Assembly: GCA_043228905.1 (NCBI GenBank)
Contig: JBHGNT010000012.1
Coordinates: 6,820,001 to 6,884,000, forward strand
From: Azolla caroliniana
Taxonomy: Eukaryota; Plantae; Polypodiophyta
Reading direction: 5' to 3'
DNA length: 64,000 bases
Translations under genes and position numbers: made by a program
The notes under the pieces: model-generated
The model's database searches: none
Seen by the model: the letters and a program-made list of their open reading frames with translations, nothing else
What the model was told of the DNA's origin: nothing
Part shown: positions 49,872-63,831 of the stretch, one piece after another
Layout of the letters: every line of letters starts with the position of its first letter
How positions within the stretch are numbered: position 1 is the stretch's first letter

Positions 49872-52098
49872 CGTGGTACCGCGTGTTCTTGGTCTAGAAG
49901 TGTGTGCACGCCACGCCTTAAGTCCTTTTAATAGCGTCGCTATCTTCTCTCATTTTTTCCCTTTTTTTTCCGTAACGGTTACATACAAGCCTATTTTTAC
50001 ACTAAAATACAAGTGGGGCCATTGACTTACTCCGCAGATTCTCCGGCTTTGCCTTGTCTGGCGGGGAACGAGTTAGGTGGCATGGGTCCCAGATAAGGTT
50101 TAAGGCGAAACCCATTCACTTTCTGTCGTAGTACTGCCCCGACCAGTGTGCCCAGTTTAAATGTGCCTTGTTCCGCTCCTACTATCCAATACGGGCCTGT
50201 CCAGCGGAATCGTAATTTTCCTGGCATATGCCCCATGCAGGTTTGGAAAACCAGTACCTTTTTGCCGACCGCAAAATCCTTTTCCCGTGCGTTCCGATGT
50301 CGATCCACAAATACTTTACGTCATCGTTGCTCCTGATCCAACACAGCCATGTTGTGTACGCGTGTTTCGCCGAGTTCGAGTACCTAGTGCAATCATACTG
50401 CCTCCGACATGGCTTAAGATAGTCGGTCCCGTACTTGAATCCGTAAACTGGGTAGCTGGAACTCTATCGGCATAACGGCCTCCAGTCCAAACGCTAGTCG
50501 AAACGGTGTTGATTGTATGCTTGTTTTGTAGCTGGTCCTATACGCCCATAATGCACTATGTAATTTGGTATCCTAGTCCGTTCTATTGTCATTGACGATT
50601 TTCTTTAATATAGTCTGCAATGTCTTGTTGGTGGATTCCGCCAACCCATTCGCCTATGGGTAATATGGCGTACTCTTCTTGTGGACCACTACATAATGTT
50701 GTGTTAGTTCATGAACCACCGTATTGAGAAAGTGGCTCCCCTGATCGTTGATGAGCTCAATCGGACAACTGAACCGACACCATATGTGTTTGTAAAGGAA
50801 TCTCGTCGTGACAGCTGCCATATTCTCCCATAGTGCCTTTGCTTTTACCTACTTGGTGCAATAATCCGTGGCCACCAATATGTATTTATTACCCGTACGG
50901 GCCGCAGCCGGTGTGAAAGGGCCTACAAAATCCAATCCCCACTTTTGGAAGGGATCTAACGGCAATACAGGCTGGTGAGGCATTCTTGCGCCCTCCGTGG
51001 GCTGGCCCATCCGTTGACACAAATCGCACTTTTTGCAATAGTCATACGCATCCTTCTGTGTAATTGGCCACCATAGGCCTGCTTGCCATATTTTCCGGGC
51101 CATAACATCTCCCGCGTAGTGTCCGCCCGTCGTGCCGCAGTGAGCCTCCCGTAAGATTGCTTCTTTCTCATCCTGATGTACACTGCATCGCCAAATGCCA
51201 TCACTGCCTTTGTGATATAAGATTCCTTCTACTAAGCAAAAGTTACGGCTTCGGGCGGCTAATCGCTTCTTCTCGTCTGTGCGTAATTGCGGTGGGGACA
51301 GTCCCATAGTCAAAAAGTAGGTCATTTCCATGAGCCACCAGTCCAAGGAAGTCTTTTCTGTTCATTCTGTTAGTGTTGCTATCCACATAATGTTTGCATC
51401 CGAAAAGTTGTTGTCATCCCTCTGCGCCGTTTCTCCATTGTCAAGTCTGCTCAAAAAATCTGTCATTGCGTGTTGCGTACTCGGGCGGTGCTGAATTACA
51501 AAATCGAATTCTTGAAGCAGCAGCATCCATCTTGCCAATTTCCTCGGAAGCGCTTGTTTTTCCACCAAATATAGTTGTGTCGAATGATCCACGTGAAATG
51601 TGAATTTCCGCCCTAACAAATAACGCCGGAATTTATTGATGTTGTAGATCATCCCCAATGCCTCACGTTCCGTTGTGGAATAGTTACGCTCCGCCGTTGA
51701 TAATTTCCGACTAGCGTAGTACACCGGTCGGTACCAATTTGGCTCTGTGAGCTGCATTAGCGCACTTCCTATTGCTATATCCGAGGCATCTACGAACACG
51801 TGGAATGGCTTCGCCCAAACTGGTGGTTGTACGATGGGTGCCTACGTGAGAATTACCTTTAGCGCGTCATATGCCTTTTCTTTCGTCGTTGTCCATTGGA
51901 AGGGAATCCGGTGCACGGTGGCATGTAACGGTGTGGCGAAGTTCGCCAAATATCGTATCATCTGACTGTGCCATCGTATTTGTCCTAAAAAACGGCTGAG
52001 TGCTTTCGCGTTTGTCGGGGTTTTGGCTTGAGTAATCATAGAGATTTTATTCAGATTGACCGCTATCCCTTCCTTGCTGACTATATGGCCTAGGAGAG
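48731..52098 (-). mobile_element. Athila-like Gypsy remnant (RT end, RNase H, integrase, downstream accessory ORF)
   Basis: LLGHIVSKEG, FVDASDIAIG, WGLDFVGPF, GKLRFRWTGPY and VNGFRLKPY motifs; cut at both ends by other LTR elements. Confidence 0.85.
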
Positions 52099-52539
52099 TA
52101 TTATAGATCTAGGTACTAATGTAAGCTTAAGATAAGGATAAAGAAATGAAAGATAGAAAGGAGAAAGAGAAAGAAGGGTGCCGATCCACCCGACCACCCC
52201 CGAGCGAAGGGATCGAGACGGACTCGAGCCTCAATCAGCGTCCCATACCACCGCCGTGGCGTCGAGTCGTACCTGGTGCTGGCGCGCTCGCTACAAGAGT
52301 TGACCCACCACATGAGCAGAGTCTCGATGTAGTCAAAAGATGATCCAATGAGGGTAGCTAGGCCTCTTATTTATAGCAATACCCAAGGCCCCCAGGCAAG
52401 TTCACACTTGACCTAATGGGTTGTCTCAATCCCGAGGATTAAAAGTAATCCTCCCCTTCTTTACACTCTCGTTTAACCCTCACACTTATCCACGTGTATA
52501 GAATACTACGGTAAATTCTCACCACGGGATATTAAATGG

Positions 52540-55500
52540 TCATGCCCGTAACATACTCCCCCTCTTTAAAACATTGCACTCTTGCAATGGAAAGTTAGGG
52601 AAGTTAGTTCTAAGAGTATTTTCGCGTTCCCATGTGGCATCTTTTATTGATTTATCCATCCATTTTATTTTAAATTCTCGGATTTCTTTAGTACGTAATT
52701 TTTTTGTTTTAACATCGAGAATTCTTTCTGGTACATGTGGTTTAGAAGATAATTCTTCAGAAGTAACCAGAGTTTCAGTCGTAACTGTATTGTCGCCAGA
52801 ACCTAGAAGTTCTTTTAGACGACTCACATGAAAGACTGGATGAATTCCGACACCATCGGGAAGAGCGAGACAATAGGCTGATGACCCAATGCGTTTGAGG
52901 ACTGTAAAAGGTCCACAAAACCGTGGGGCTAACTTAGCGCACTTACCCGTAGACAATGTCTTAGAATTGTGAGGTACACGTAAAAATACCTTCTGTCTAG
53001 GGTTGAATACACGAGGTTGCCTATGATGATCGGCATAAAAACGCGCTCTATCTTGAGCTGTTTTTATATTATCTCGTGCAATATGCAACATATCTTGCAT
53101 ATCCCGAAGAAAGTTTTGCGTACTTCGCAACTCATCATGATGTATATTAACATCAATCGGAGCTCGTGGCTGAAAACCATACATCAACATAAAAGGACTA
53201 TATCCCGTCGACGTATGCTTGGAGCTGTTATAAGCAAACTCCAAAATTGGGAGATAACGTTCCCATTTTGTTGGTTTTGCACCAACGTATGCTCGAAGCA
53301 TGTCCTCAATAATTTGATTTACTCGTTCTGTCTGTCCATCGGATTGAGGATGATCCATGGAGCTCATGCTCAACGTAGTTTCTAACTTCTTAAAGACTTG
53401 TGTCCAGAAGTCACTAGTAAACTTTGGATCTCGATCACTCACGATATCCATCGGTAACCCATAAAAACGAAACAATTCGTCAACGAATTGGTAAGCCAAT
53501 TCAGGAGCTGTTACCGTGGTTTTAGTAGCAATAAATCTGGCCATTTTAGTTAGTCGATCAACGACAACCCAGATGGCATCATGACCTTTTTGGGTGTGAG
53601 GAAGGCTAACAATAAAATCCATGGATATACTTTCCCACTTATTATTGGGAATGTCCAAGGGATGTAAAAGTCCTGCGGCTTTAAGTCGCTCGGCTTTGTT
53701 AACCTGACGCTGGTGACATTTAGTCACATAGCTATGTATGTCAGGACGCATCTTAGGCCAATAAAATTGAGTGGAGATGAGAACGAGTGTACGATGTATT
53801 CTAGGGTGCCCTGCTGAGGGTGCATCATGGCATTAAAAAAGAATCCTCTTTTTGACCTCGGGTAAATCTGGAACACAAACCTTCCCATTACGGTAGAGCA
53901 AACCGTTAGCAATGTGGAAGTATTCCTTCGAGGATGTGGTGGTGTCTGTTCCAGACTCAACTCTTGCCTAGTATTTTGCGAAATAACTATCATCAGGATA
54001 CTTTCCTCGAAGGTGATCATAAAGATCTGATGATATTGCAGTGAAGCTAAGCGTGTTAACTTCACGGATGCGACTTAGTGCATCAGCGACAATGTTCATG
54101 GAACCTTTACGATATCGTATGGAAAAATCGAAGTCCTGGATGAGATCAGCCCATCGTGCCTTACGACCTTTCAGGTCTTGTTGGTCACAAAAATATTTCA
54201 AGGACTCGTGGTCCGTAGTTACCACAAAGTGATTTCCATAAAGATAATGGCGCCATGTTTTGAGCGCATGTATAACTGCAAATAATTCCTTTTCTTGAAC
54301 GGTATACCGACATTGAGCAGAATCAAGTTTCTTACTCTCGAATGCTATTGGTTTACCATCTTGATACAAGACAGCACCTATAGCATAATCGCTTGCATCG
54401 GTTTCAACCTCAAAAGGTTTTGAAGGATCGGGTAAAAGAAGTGAAGGAGCCTTGCAAACCAGGTCCTTGAGTTCCTTAAAGGCAAGGTCTAGTGTAGCAT
54501 TCCACACAATAGGTTTTGTAGACTTACGCGTTTGACCTTTTAAAAGATCAGTAAACAGCGTCGTCAATTGGGAGTAATTACGAAGAGACTTTCGCAAAAA
54601 CCCCACAAAACCAAGGAATGATCGAACTTCTCGAATATTCCGAAGAGTGGGCCAAAGCTTGATTTTCTCAATGCGAGAAGGATCAATTTCAACTCCTCGT
54701 TCGGTTATGAGATGTCCTAGATAAGTAATTGATTTCTTGAAGAACTCACATTTTGAGATCTTCGCATAAAACTGTTTGTCACGCAATGTTTGTAAAACAA
54801 AGCGGACATGTCTAGCATGTTCTTGTAATGTACGGCTATAAACTAAAATATTATCCAAGAAAATAACGACAAATTTTCCAAGTTGTTCTCGGAAAATGTC
54901 ATTCATTTCTTGTTGAAAAGTAGCCGGAGCATTGGTCAAACCAAAAGGCATAACCAAAAACTCGTAATGGCCATAACGCGTACGAAATGCCGTTTTAGGA
55001 ACATCGTCCTCACTTATTCGTATTTGATGGTAGCCAGTACGGAGATCAAGTTTCGTAAAATACCGAGCTCCCTGGAGACGGTCAATTAGATCGTCAGCCC
55101 GGGGCAATGGATACGAATTCTTGATCGTCACTTTATTCAAGCGTCGGTAATTAATCCACATACGCCATGTGCCCTCTTTCTTTTTAACCAAGAGAACTGG
55201 TGCACCCCATGGAGATTTACTATAACGTATATAACCCATTCGTAAATAGTCCTTGAGTTGCTTAGATACCTCATCTTCTTCAGATCGACTTAAGCGATAC
55301 GGAGGTATACTTATTGGTGCAACACCAGGTACAATGTTTATACGATGGTCTATATTACGTTTAGGAGGTAACCCATCAGGTAGTTCACTTGGAAAAACAT
55401 CATGAAAATCATTTAAGATTTCATAAAGTTTTTGTTGTTCAAAATATGTTAATTGAATCAGAACATTATCGATATTGTAAACGTGAATGTCTGGATCAAG

Positions 55501-56844
55501 TACACAATAAAATAACGTAGAACAAGACAACTCGGATATTGATGGACACAAGGAAACAACCGAGAGGGATTGTTTTTTTACACATTGAATAAAATGCGTA
55601 CAATCGTTCAGTACAAAAGAAATGGAATGACGAGCCCAATCAATAAATAAAGAAGAGTTTTTATTATAAAACCAGGGATAACCCAGTATTACATCGGTGG
55701 TACAAAGATTCATTACATGGAAGTCTACTTCCTCTATATAAGTAGCAATAGAAATTCCTAATGAATGAATCGCCCCGTTGATGTATTGTACTCTTCCATC
55801 AGCCAAGTGCACCGTGTAGGTGTGATCACTTATGGTGGGTTGGATTCCCCATATCTGAACCAAACGATCATTCACAAAATTGTGTGAGCTTCCCGAATCA
55901 AATAAAAATTGTACGGGAGATCCATTGATATACCCGTTTGCACGTAGTAAATCATTGGGACCCAATACATAGTGAGGGAAAGAACATTGACAATTACTTA
56001 AATGATGTGTATAGACCTGAAGGACATTAGGAATCTGACCTTTATGGTCTGCAGCTTTAGCTTTGTTGTCGTGCTCTTTCCGTTGGAGCTTTCGACATTG
56101 ATCTTTTGTATGACCCTTCTTTTTGCAGAATACACAAAAAGGATGTTGTCGCTTACAATCGCGATCCAAGAATTCGTTGGGTGTCTTGCGTTTCCCAACA
56201 AATTGCGACTGCTTAGTCCCGGGCGCTTCGTTGGGTTTGTTATGGTCCTTCTTCGAAGTGCGTTGATAGCGAAGAACTATTTCAACGGCCTCTTCGAAGG
56301 ATTTTGGATCCTTATCGTGCACTATCCAGTGATAGTCCGAATTGGGGATGCCATTGACAAAACAAGCTATCAACCAATTGTCCCCTTCTAGACCTGATTT
56401 TTGGATTTGGGTTCTAGCATGGTGAACATAGTCTTCTAGCGAGGAAAATTTCCTGCTAGAGAGATTCATTAAAGCTTGTGCGGCCTCGGTTCGAGAGGGA
56501 GGTTGCAGAAATTGACCCTTAAAAACCGTGACAAAATCTGTCCAGGTATCGGGCAATTTCCCCATAGTACGGAGGCCACGCCACCAGGCGGCGGCCTTAC
56601 CGCCGAGTTCTCGGCCGACATATGCAATCTTCGTACTATCTGGCGTGGGATAGAGCTCAAAATGAGACTCCCATCGTCCCAGCCATGTGCAGATTGCTTC
56701 TTCGGTTCTTTCCTTTTTGTCTCTCGTAAATGGCTTAACGACAAATGATGGTTCACCTTGTCGCTCATCAGGTCTATTAGTCTCACGTTGTAGACTAATG
56801 ACACGTGCCTCAAGAGCACTCTGAGATTGCCGAAGTTTGGTCAT
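52540..56844 (-). pseudogene. gag-pol: Single-frame gag-PR-RT-RH-IN-chromodomain polyprotein with two nonsense codons and RT FLDN
   Basis: The 958-aa and 403-aa ORFs are in the same frame (stops ~53968 and ~53834). Motifs [30 protein letters not shown] and chromodomain PERILD...KW...ATWE. Confidence 0.95.
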
Positions 56845-57076
56845 CTGTTGAGCGGTGAAACTAAGGTATTGGGTTATTTGTGCCTAATACATCTCAGTGG
56901 ACATTTGTCCAGGAGGATTCCCTTGAGTTCCTTCCGCTTGAGCGGATGACATCGGGTCGTTAATTTGAGCCATGAAAAATTATTTCTGGAAAAGAAATAG
57001 GATAAGGTCAGAGATATAGTCATAACATCATGTCGTGATGTAAACATATCATGGGCGAGCATTAATCGATATCATT

Positions 57077-57236
57077 ATCTCACGTCAATACCCCTCTAGA
57101 CGTATGAGATGAGGTTCAAGATTAGGTTACTATGGTAACACAAAGGTGTTTTAAAAACCATGGGGGTGACAAATAAATGTCTTTCCCTGATCTCTATATC
57201 GATTTTTTCATGGTGGCTCCCCGAGGCTCAACCATG
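57077..57236 (-). ncRNA. Second copy of the putative structured leader RNA
   Basis: Reverse complement aligns with 17366-17529. Confidence 0.65.
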
Positions 57237-58582
57237 TATGTTCGCGTCATGAATAGTTTATACACGAAAAAAATGTTAACAATAAACTATGTTTCGGTGC
57301 CCACATAAGTGGTTTCGGCTCTTTAAGTCCTATTACGAGGACCCCGAGGTGCACTTAGACCTTAAGTCTAAACATGTGTTATAGTCATATGTATCAAGGA
57401 TGTTGTATGGTCTTTGTCATATTTGAACTTGAGACCTCGAGAACAAATACATTAAACACTTGAGCCAACCAAGTAAGTTGCTCTTCTCGACTTAATGTTT
57501 GATGCGTATAAGAGATATGCGAGGCAATTGATCATATATGTTTTTTTAAAAGAACATATATGTCAAGGGTCCTTATTTCGCCCTCATTTACCAAAACTAT
57601 GTTGGTACGTTACCTAACCTCAAGTCTCGTAATTACGATGGCATACTCCAAAGTGCAACCTAATGGTCAAGCCAAATGAGCCCTCATTTCGTAGTAGGCT
57701 CACGTGGGCCATCACATGGTCACGTCATTACGAATGCCTCTCGTAAGAACGATCTCATGGTGGCATCGTATCCATGTAACGAGGGAGGGATGTTGGATAC
57801 GTGCATCATTGGAGCGACCTCACTTGAAGTGGGTCAAGCCCTACGTACTCAACATCATTATGGCTATTGGCATTTCTTTACGTAACGAAATCGAGGTCAT
57901 CAACGGGGTTATCAACAATAAAAAATTGTTGAAAAAGGGATGGTGACAACGCCATTCTCACAAAAATGTGAGGACGGCCACCAACATCCTTTTCCCGACC
58001 ATGACAACTTTCGATATAATCACGTAATAACGAATATGGGTCGAAGCACGCTACGGTGTACCAAAAAAGTACTGTTTTTGGCCACAAAAATTGTCAGTAC
58101 TTTCAATACTGTTAGTACTGAATAATTCAGAAAAAAAATTAGAGAAAAAGAAAATCGATTTTGGAGAGTGGAGTGACTGTAGTACAAGTGGCATTTACTG
58201 TAGAAGGAGTGGGGGGAACACGTGAGGAGATGTTCTTCCATTTTGGGGGCTATTTTCCCCTCACGTCGATTTTGGCGCTTCCCCTCACGTGGTTTTGGCG
58301 ATTCCCCTCATACTGTTCTTCCTCTATCTCTCTGAGCTTTTCATCACAGACATCCATGTCACGTTTCTGATCTTCCTTCAATCTAAATCTCAGACATCCA
58401 TGTCTGGTTGGAGAGTTTGAGTTGAGGATTTCTGATTTTTTTAGGGTTTCTGTTTTTGTTAGGTTTCGGTTGAGGTACAGAGACTGTTCTAAGGGTTTAG
58501 GTAGCAGCCAATAGTCACTTCTTCGACAACGACTTTCGTACTTCCATTGATTGCAGTTGATGTCGTGGTGATTTGGGGCTTT

Positions 58583-58777
58583 TTCCACCAAATCGAGGCG
58601 GCATTGGAGGTTCCTTCCACCAAATCGAGGCGGCATATCCAACGCTCCCTCCACCATTGGAGGTTCCTTCCACCAAATCGAGGCTGCATATCCACGCTCC
58701 CTCCACCATTGGAGGTTCCTTCCACCAAATCGAGGCGGCATATCCAACGCTCCCTCCACCATTGGAGGTTCCTTCCA
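58583..58777. repeat. ~53-bp tandem repeat, about 3.5 copies
   Basis: CATTGGAGGTTCCTTCCACCAAATCGAGGCGGCATATCC at 58602, 58655, 58707 and 58760 (last copy partial). Confidence 0.92.
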
Positions 58778-58988
58778 TCCATTTTTTTATTTTCAGTACT
58801 AAAATGTTTCATTTCTTCATATTTCAGTACTAAATTTTTAGAATTGACATTTGCCATATTTGATATGTAATTCTAATGTTTGAAATAAAATATTTCTCAC
58901 TTTGCAGGCCACATTTAAAAACATTTGATTGTGTTTTCTTGGTTGAGTCTATATAACATTAACTACTTTCGCAAGACACTTAATTTTT

Positions 58989-61900
58989 GTGGATAAATCT
59001 AGTGACCGAATGGGGGTTCCTAACGAGAGTGAGTTGTCAAGTAACTCATGCATATCTAAAAGGACTAAGAGACGAGTGGTTCTTCACATAGTTCGTTATT
59101 TGGTAGAAATAACGAAGAGATTTAGTGAAGAGGATCGTAGGGATATTATTTGTAGAGTGTTACACCATCAAAGTTTGAATGAAGACATGGAGAGAATAAA
59201 ATTTAGGGACCAATGTGTTTCAGAAGAGATTGTGGAGTCTATGAAGTCATCCCTAGACTTAGTGAAAGGTGTAGAGAGCTTAGACAAACTTGCTGCAAAG
59301 AGGGCAGCCCTACACATGGTTGTGAACGGTGCGAGAGAAAAAAAATATAGTGATACTAAAGTTGCCTTAGCCCTGGGTATTCAAAGAAGGAACTTGAGGA
59401 AACATCGCTGAAATATACACTCAAGCAAATTCAAGTGGCTGGGGTCGGGACGTAGACGACGATGTGATGCCTTATCTCAAGAGATTATTGAGAAAGTGGA
59501 TTCATTTTGGGCCAAAAATACGCGTGTCTCACCAAATAAGAAGGACGTGTGTAGACAACGAATAAGTCAGGGTAAGTACCAGATTCACCCTAGACACTTC
59601 TTGGAGATGACAGAGGTATTCCATTTTTTTATATCAATTCACATTCCATAACTTTGTGTTTTGACCAAGTGTATATTAATGTTTGCTATATATATTGGTT
59701 GATGTAGGCTGAATTGTACATGAACTTTAAAGACCAACATCCAAGCTTAACTGTCGGATTCCGCAAGTTCCAAGGTTTGAAACCATTTTATGTTAGAAAA
59801 TTAAATGAGAGGAATACATGTTGTTGTGTGTACCATGTGAAGATGGACATGTTAAGGCTAGCAGTGAATGCAATGCGTACTGATTCTAAGGGTATACATG
59901 GGGAATTATGTGTCTGCACTTGTGAGATTTGTAGACCAAATGGGGAGGATAATAGGTGTAATGCACGAAACATGACTTATGCATCCGTTTCTGTGCTATG
60001 GAGGTCTTGTGTTTGTGAAAAAGAACCATCATGTGAGTGACATCGTCGTACATGTCTATTAAGAACATGTAAGGTTTGTCCGCTACCATTATTTTGTAGG
60101 CAGGAGCTTGATATGGGAAATAGTCATATCGTGAAATGGAAATATTTGGAGTATGTGACTGAAAATATTGGCAAGGGAGTTGTAACTAAGCGTATCAAGG
60201 AAGTATATAAGGAGACATGTGCTGCTACCCTTGTCTCAGAATTTAAGAAACAACTTGGGGAGTTTATTCCACATAACTTCCGGAGTTATTGGCAAAATTC
60301 ACAGTTCAAGGAATGTATTAATAACTTACCAACGGGTGTCATTGTATCCGTTATTGATTTTGCAGAAAACTATACATTTAAAGTTCAAAATGAGGTTCAA
60401 TCAATGCATTGGTACAATGATCAATGTACAATACTTGTACATATTTGCTATTGGCGGCAAGACGGTGAGTTACATAAGAAATCAATATTTTACATTTCAG
60501 ATGATAAAAAGCATGATACACTATTTGTTCAACATTGTTTTAAGCTTCACCATGCAGATTTATTTTCTCTAGGGTTAACCTTTAACCGTCATTGGGTTTG
60601 GTCTGATGGTGCTGCCTCGCAGTTTAAGGCGGCATGATCGTTCTACTTTATCGCCAGGTAATTTTTAATCCATATGTTTAATACTTATCATGCAATGTGT
60701 AAGGAAGTAAATCTTGTGTTAGTGGATGCATACTAATTATGTTTGTAACTATTAACAAACAGTACTAGTCACATCGATGCATACTAATTATGTTTCTAAC
60801 TATTCGAATCTTGCACTTGTGAATGGATGCATGCATACTAATTTTGTTTGTATTATGTTGTACTAAGTAACTTTTAATCCATGTGAAGTGTTCTCCATAG
60901 ACACATTGTACTATGTTGTGTTTACAGAAGGATGTAAAGTACTCATCTTGTACTCATAGTATTGTCCGTCCTTAAGAGAATTGTACTAATGAACTTTTTA
61001 TCCATGTGAAGTGTTCTCCATAGACACATTGTACTATGTTGTGTTTACAAAAGGATGTAAAGTACTCATCTTGTACTTAGAGTATTGTCCGTCCTTAAGA
61101 GAATTGTACTAATTATGTTTTAATCCATGTGAAGGGTTCTCCATAGACACATTGTACTATGTTGTGTGTTGGTTTTGTACTATGTTGTGTTTACAAAAGG
61201 ATGCAGCCCTACTCATCTTGTACTTATAGTATTGTCCGTCCTTAAGAGAATTGTACTAATTATGTTTTAATCCATGTGAAGGGTTCTCCATAGACACATT
61301 GTACTATGTTGTGTGTTGTATCTGTACTATGTTGTGTTTACAGGAGGATGTAAAGTACTCATCTTGTACTCATAGTATTGTCCGTCCTTAAGAGAATTGT
61401 ACTAATTATGTTTTAATCCATGTGAAGGGTTCTCCATAGACACATTGTACTATGTTGTGTGTTGTATCTGTACTATGTTGTGTTTACAGGAGGATGTAAA
61501 GTACTCATCTTGTACTCATAGTATTGTCCGTCCTTAAGAGAATTGTACTAAGTATCGATTAATCCATGTGAAGGGTTCTCCATAGACACATTGTACTATG
61601 TTGTGTGTTGGTTTTGTACTATGTTGTGTTTACAAAAGGATGCATCCCTACTCATCTTGTACTTATAGTATTGTCCGTCCTTAAGAGAATTGTACTAATT
61701 ATGTTTTAATCCATGTGAAGGGTTCTCCATAGACACATTGTACTATGTTGTGTGTTGTATCTGTACTATGTTGTGTTTACAGGAGGATGTAAAGTACTCA
61801 TCTTGTACTCATAGTATTGTCCGTCCTTAAGAGAATTGTACTAAGTATCGATTAATCCATGTGAAGGGTTCTCCATAGACACATTGTACTATGTTGTGTG

Positions 61901-63288
61901 TTGGTTTTGTACTATGTTGTGTTTACAAAAGGATGCAACCCTACTCATCTTGTACTTATAGTATTGTCCGTCCTTAAGAGAATTGTACTAATTATGTTTT
62001 AATCCATGTGAAGGGTTCTCCATAGACACATTGTACTATGTTGTGTGTTGGTTTTGTACTATGTTGTGTTTACAAAAGGATGTAAAGTACTCATCTTGTA
62101 CTTATAGTATTGTCCGTCCTTAAGAGAATTGTACTAATTATGTTTTAATCCATGTGAAGGGTTCTCCATAGACACATTGTACTATGTTGTGTGTTGTATC
62201 TGTACTATGTTGTGTTTACAGGAGTATATAAAGTACTCATCTTGTACTCATAGTATTGTCTGTCCTTAAGAGAATTGTACTAAATCAGTATTTACTCATC
62301 TTGTACTCATAGTATTGTCCGTCCTTAAGAGAATTGTACTAAATCAGTATTTACTCATGTTGTACTCATAGTATTGTACTCATCTTGTACTCACCAAAGT
62401 AGGTATTTCTCTTTATTCAATATTCGTATGCAATGGAATTACTTCGGGTCTGGACATGGAAAAGGAGAGCATGATGGCGCGGGGGCTGTGATCAAACGTG
62501 CCCTTACAAGTGAGCAGTTGGATAATAATGGCGCTAAGTTACAAAATGCACATGATGTTGTGCAGTGGCTAACATGGAAGATGTCAAATGATGGTAAGAA
62601 CAGATTGTTTGTTGAAGTTCGCGGTGATGAGGTCGATAGAACTAAATCATATGGTTGTAAAACCGTGAAAGGCACACGCAGCACCCATTGTGTGTTAGGG
62701 TTTAGCCGCAAGGACACAACCCAATTGTTACTCCGTAGTTTATCATGCTTTTGTTCCATGTGTCTAGATGAAGCTTGGGATAAATGCATCAACCTATCAA
62801 TCGTGGAGCCCTGGAAGTTGCAGAAGCTTGAGCCTGAACGACAAGATGATATTGAAGAGGATGTGCATTCAAACGATATTGTATACTACAACCAAAATCA
62901 AGACTTGGCAGTTTTATTGGAAGTTGGAGATCATTTTGCAGTGCTCAAATATTCTCAGAATGAAGATTTAGAAGACTACTACATTGTGGTGTGCAAGCAA
63001 GGAAAGACATTATTGAAAGAAGTGGTGACGGATGGTTGGGGCAACAATTTCAACGTTGGTGAGTCTGTCGTGTATGGAAACTATTATGCAAAGTTGCCGC
63101 AGTGCAAGAACACATATGCATTACTAAAAGAAGCACCCATCGCAATAATCTACGCTGATGCCATTCTTGCGATCAAATTCAATATGACTCAAGCAAAGCA
63201 CAAGGTTAAGGGATACAACACTGTCTACAAGGTCCCCCAAGAGGTTCATGAGCACATATTAGGGGAGGTCTCTCTATTTAATGCTTGA
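58989..63288 (+). pseudogene. Spliced DDD/E transposase, Sola-like, about 820 aa (exons ~58989-59615, 59708-60657, 62403-63288), three in-frame TGA stops
   Basis: GT-AG introns 59616-59707 (phase 0) and 60658-62402 (phase 2) keep the frame. Motifs SPNKKD, CCCVYH, IDFAENY, WSDGAASQFK, FGSGHGKGEHDGAG, SCFCSMC. True start codon not located. Confidence 0.75.
60870..62390. repeat. Intronic satellite: 10 units (123 bp x2, then 146-147 bp) plus degenerate tail
   Basis: ATCCATGTGAAG recurs at 60877, 61000, 61123, 61270, 61416, 61562, 61709, 61855, 62002 and 62148. Confidence 0.95.
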
Positions 63289-63348
63289 AAGTCACCCTAT
63301 CAATACATTGTACTAGAAAACTGAAAAACATCCACTTGGAGTTCACTA

Positions 63349-63831
63349 TTAATTTTGATGATTGACAAATGAATTGATATATTTCGTCTTTCTTCCAAAG
63401 GGTTTATGCCTCTCAACCACTTGTACTTATCTTCATAATATATTAGTTGTTGTCAACAGGACTTGGATTTCTTCATTGCCTTTTTTGTTTCATGATATGT
63501 CCTGTGAAGCCATCTGAGTTTTTACTTCTTGTATATAAGTCCTGAATATCCAGGCTATGGATTTTAAAGTACAGACCTTCCTTTCCTTAACAAAATAATC
63601 CAACTTCTGAAACAATAATTTGTGATAGCTCAAAAAGGTAAGTGTTTCCTTACTACTGTTAGTGGATGATTCATCCTTTGGGATGATATCATCAAAATAT
63701 GGCCCACATTGCTTCAACAATTTGCACACATTCTGGTTACCGTCCAAATGGGATTGATGAAACAGTCTATACTTCAGTATATCTTCAATAACACCCGATA
63801 CCCGATATTTTCTGTTTCTCATCATCAACAC
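63349..63831 (-). pseudogene. Probable terminal exon of a convergent unknown gene
   Basis: 113-codon open frame (63490-63831) in AT-rich DNA preceded by a TTTTTAG acceptor; protein-like sequence continues past isolated stops to ~63349. Confidence 0.4.

Larger units (their letters stand above)
52099..57890 (-). mobile_element. Ty3/Gypsy chromovirus with near-intact gag-pol; 3' LTR 52099-52553; 5' LTR not in the window
   Basis: PPT AAAGAGGGGGAGTA then TGTTAC; LTR TATA region resembles 15654-15705; right boundary approximate. Confidence 0.9.

Noticed and set aside
52540-56844. Active element with programmed stop read-through
   Set aside because: The two stops lie between RNase H and integrase, not at the gag/pol boundary, and the RT DD motif is mutated to DN; simple decay.
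60870-62390. CRISPR-like regular array
   Set aside because: Units are contiguous with no unique spacers and no cas genes; eukaryotic intron context.
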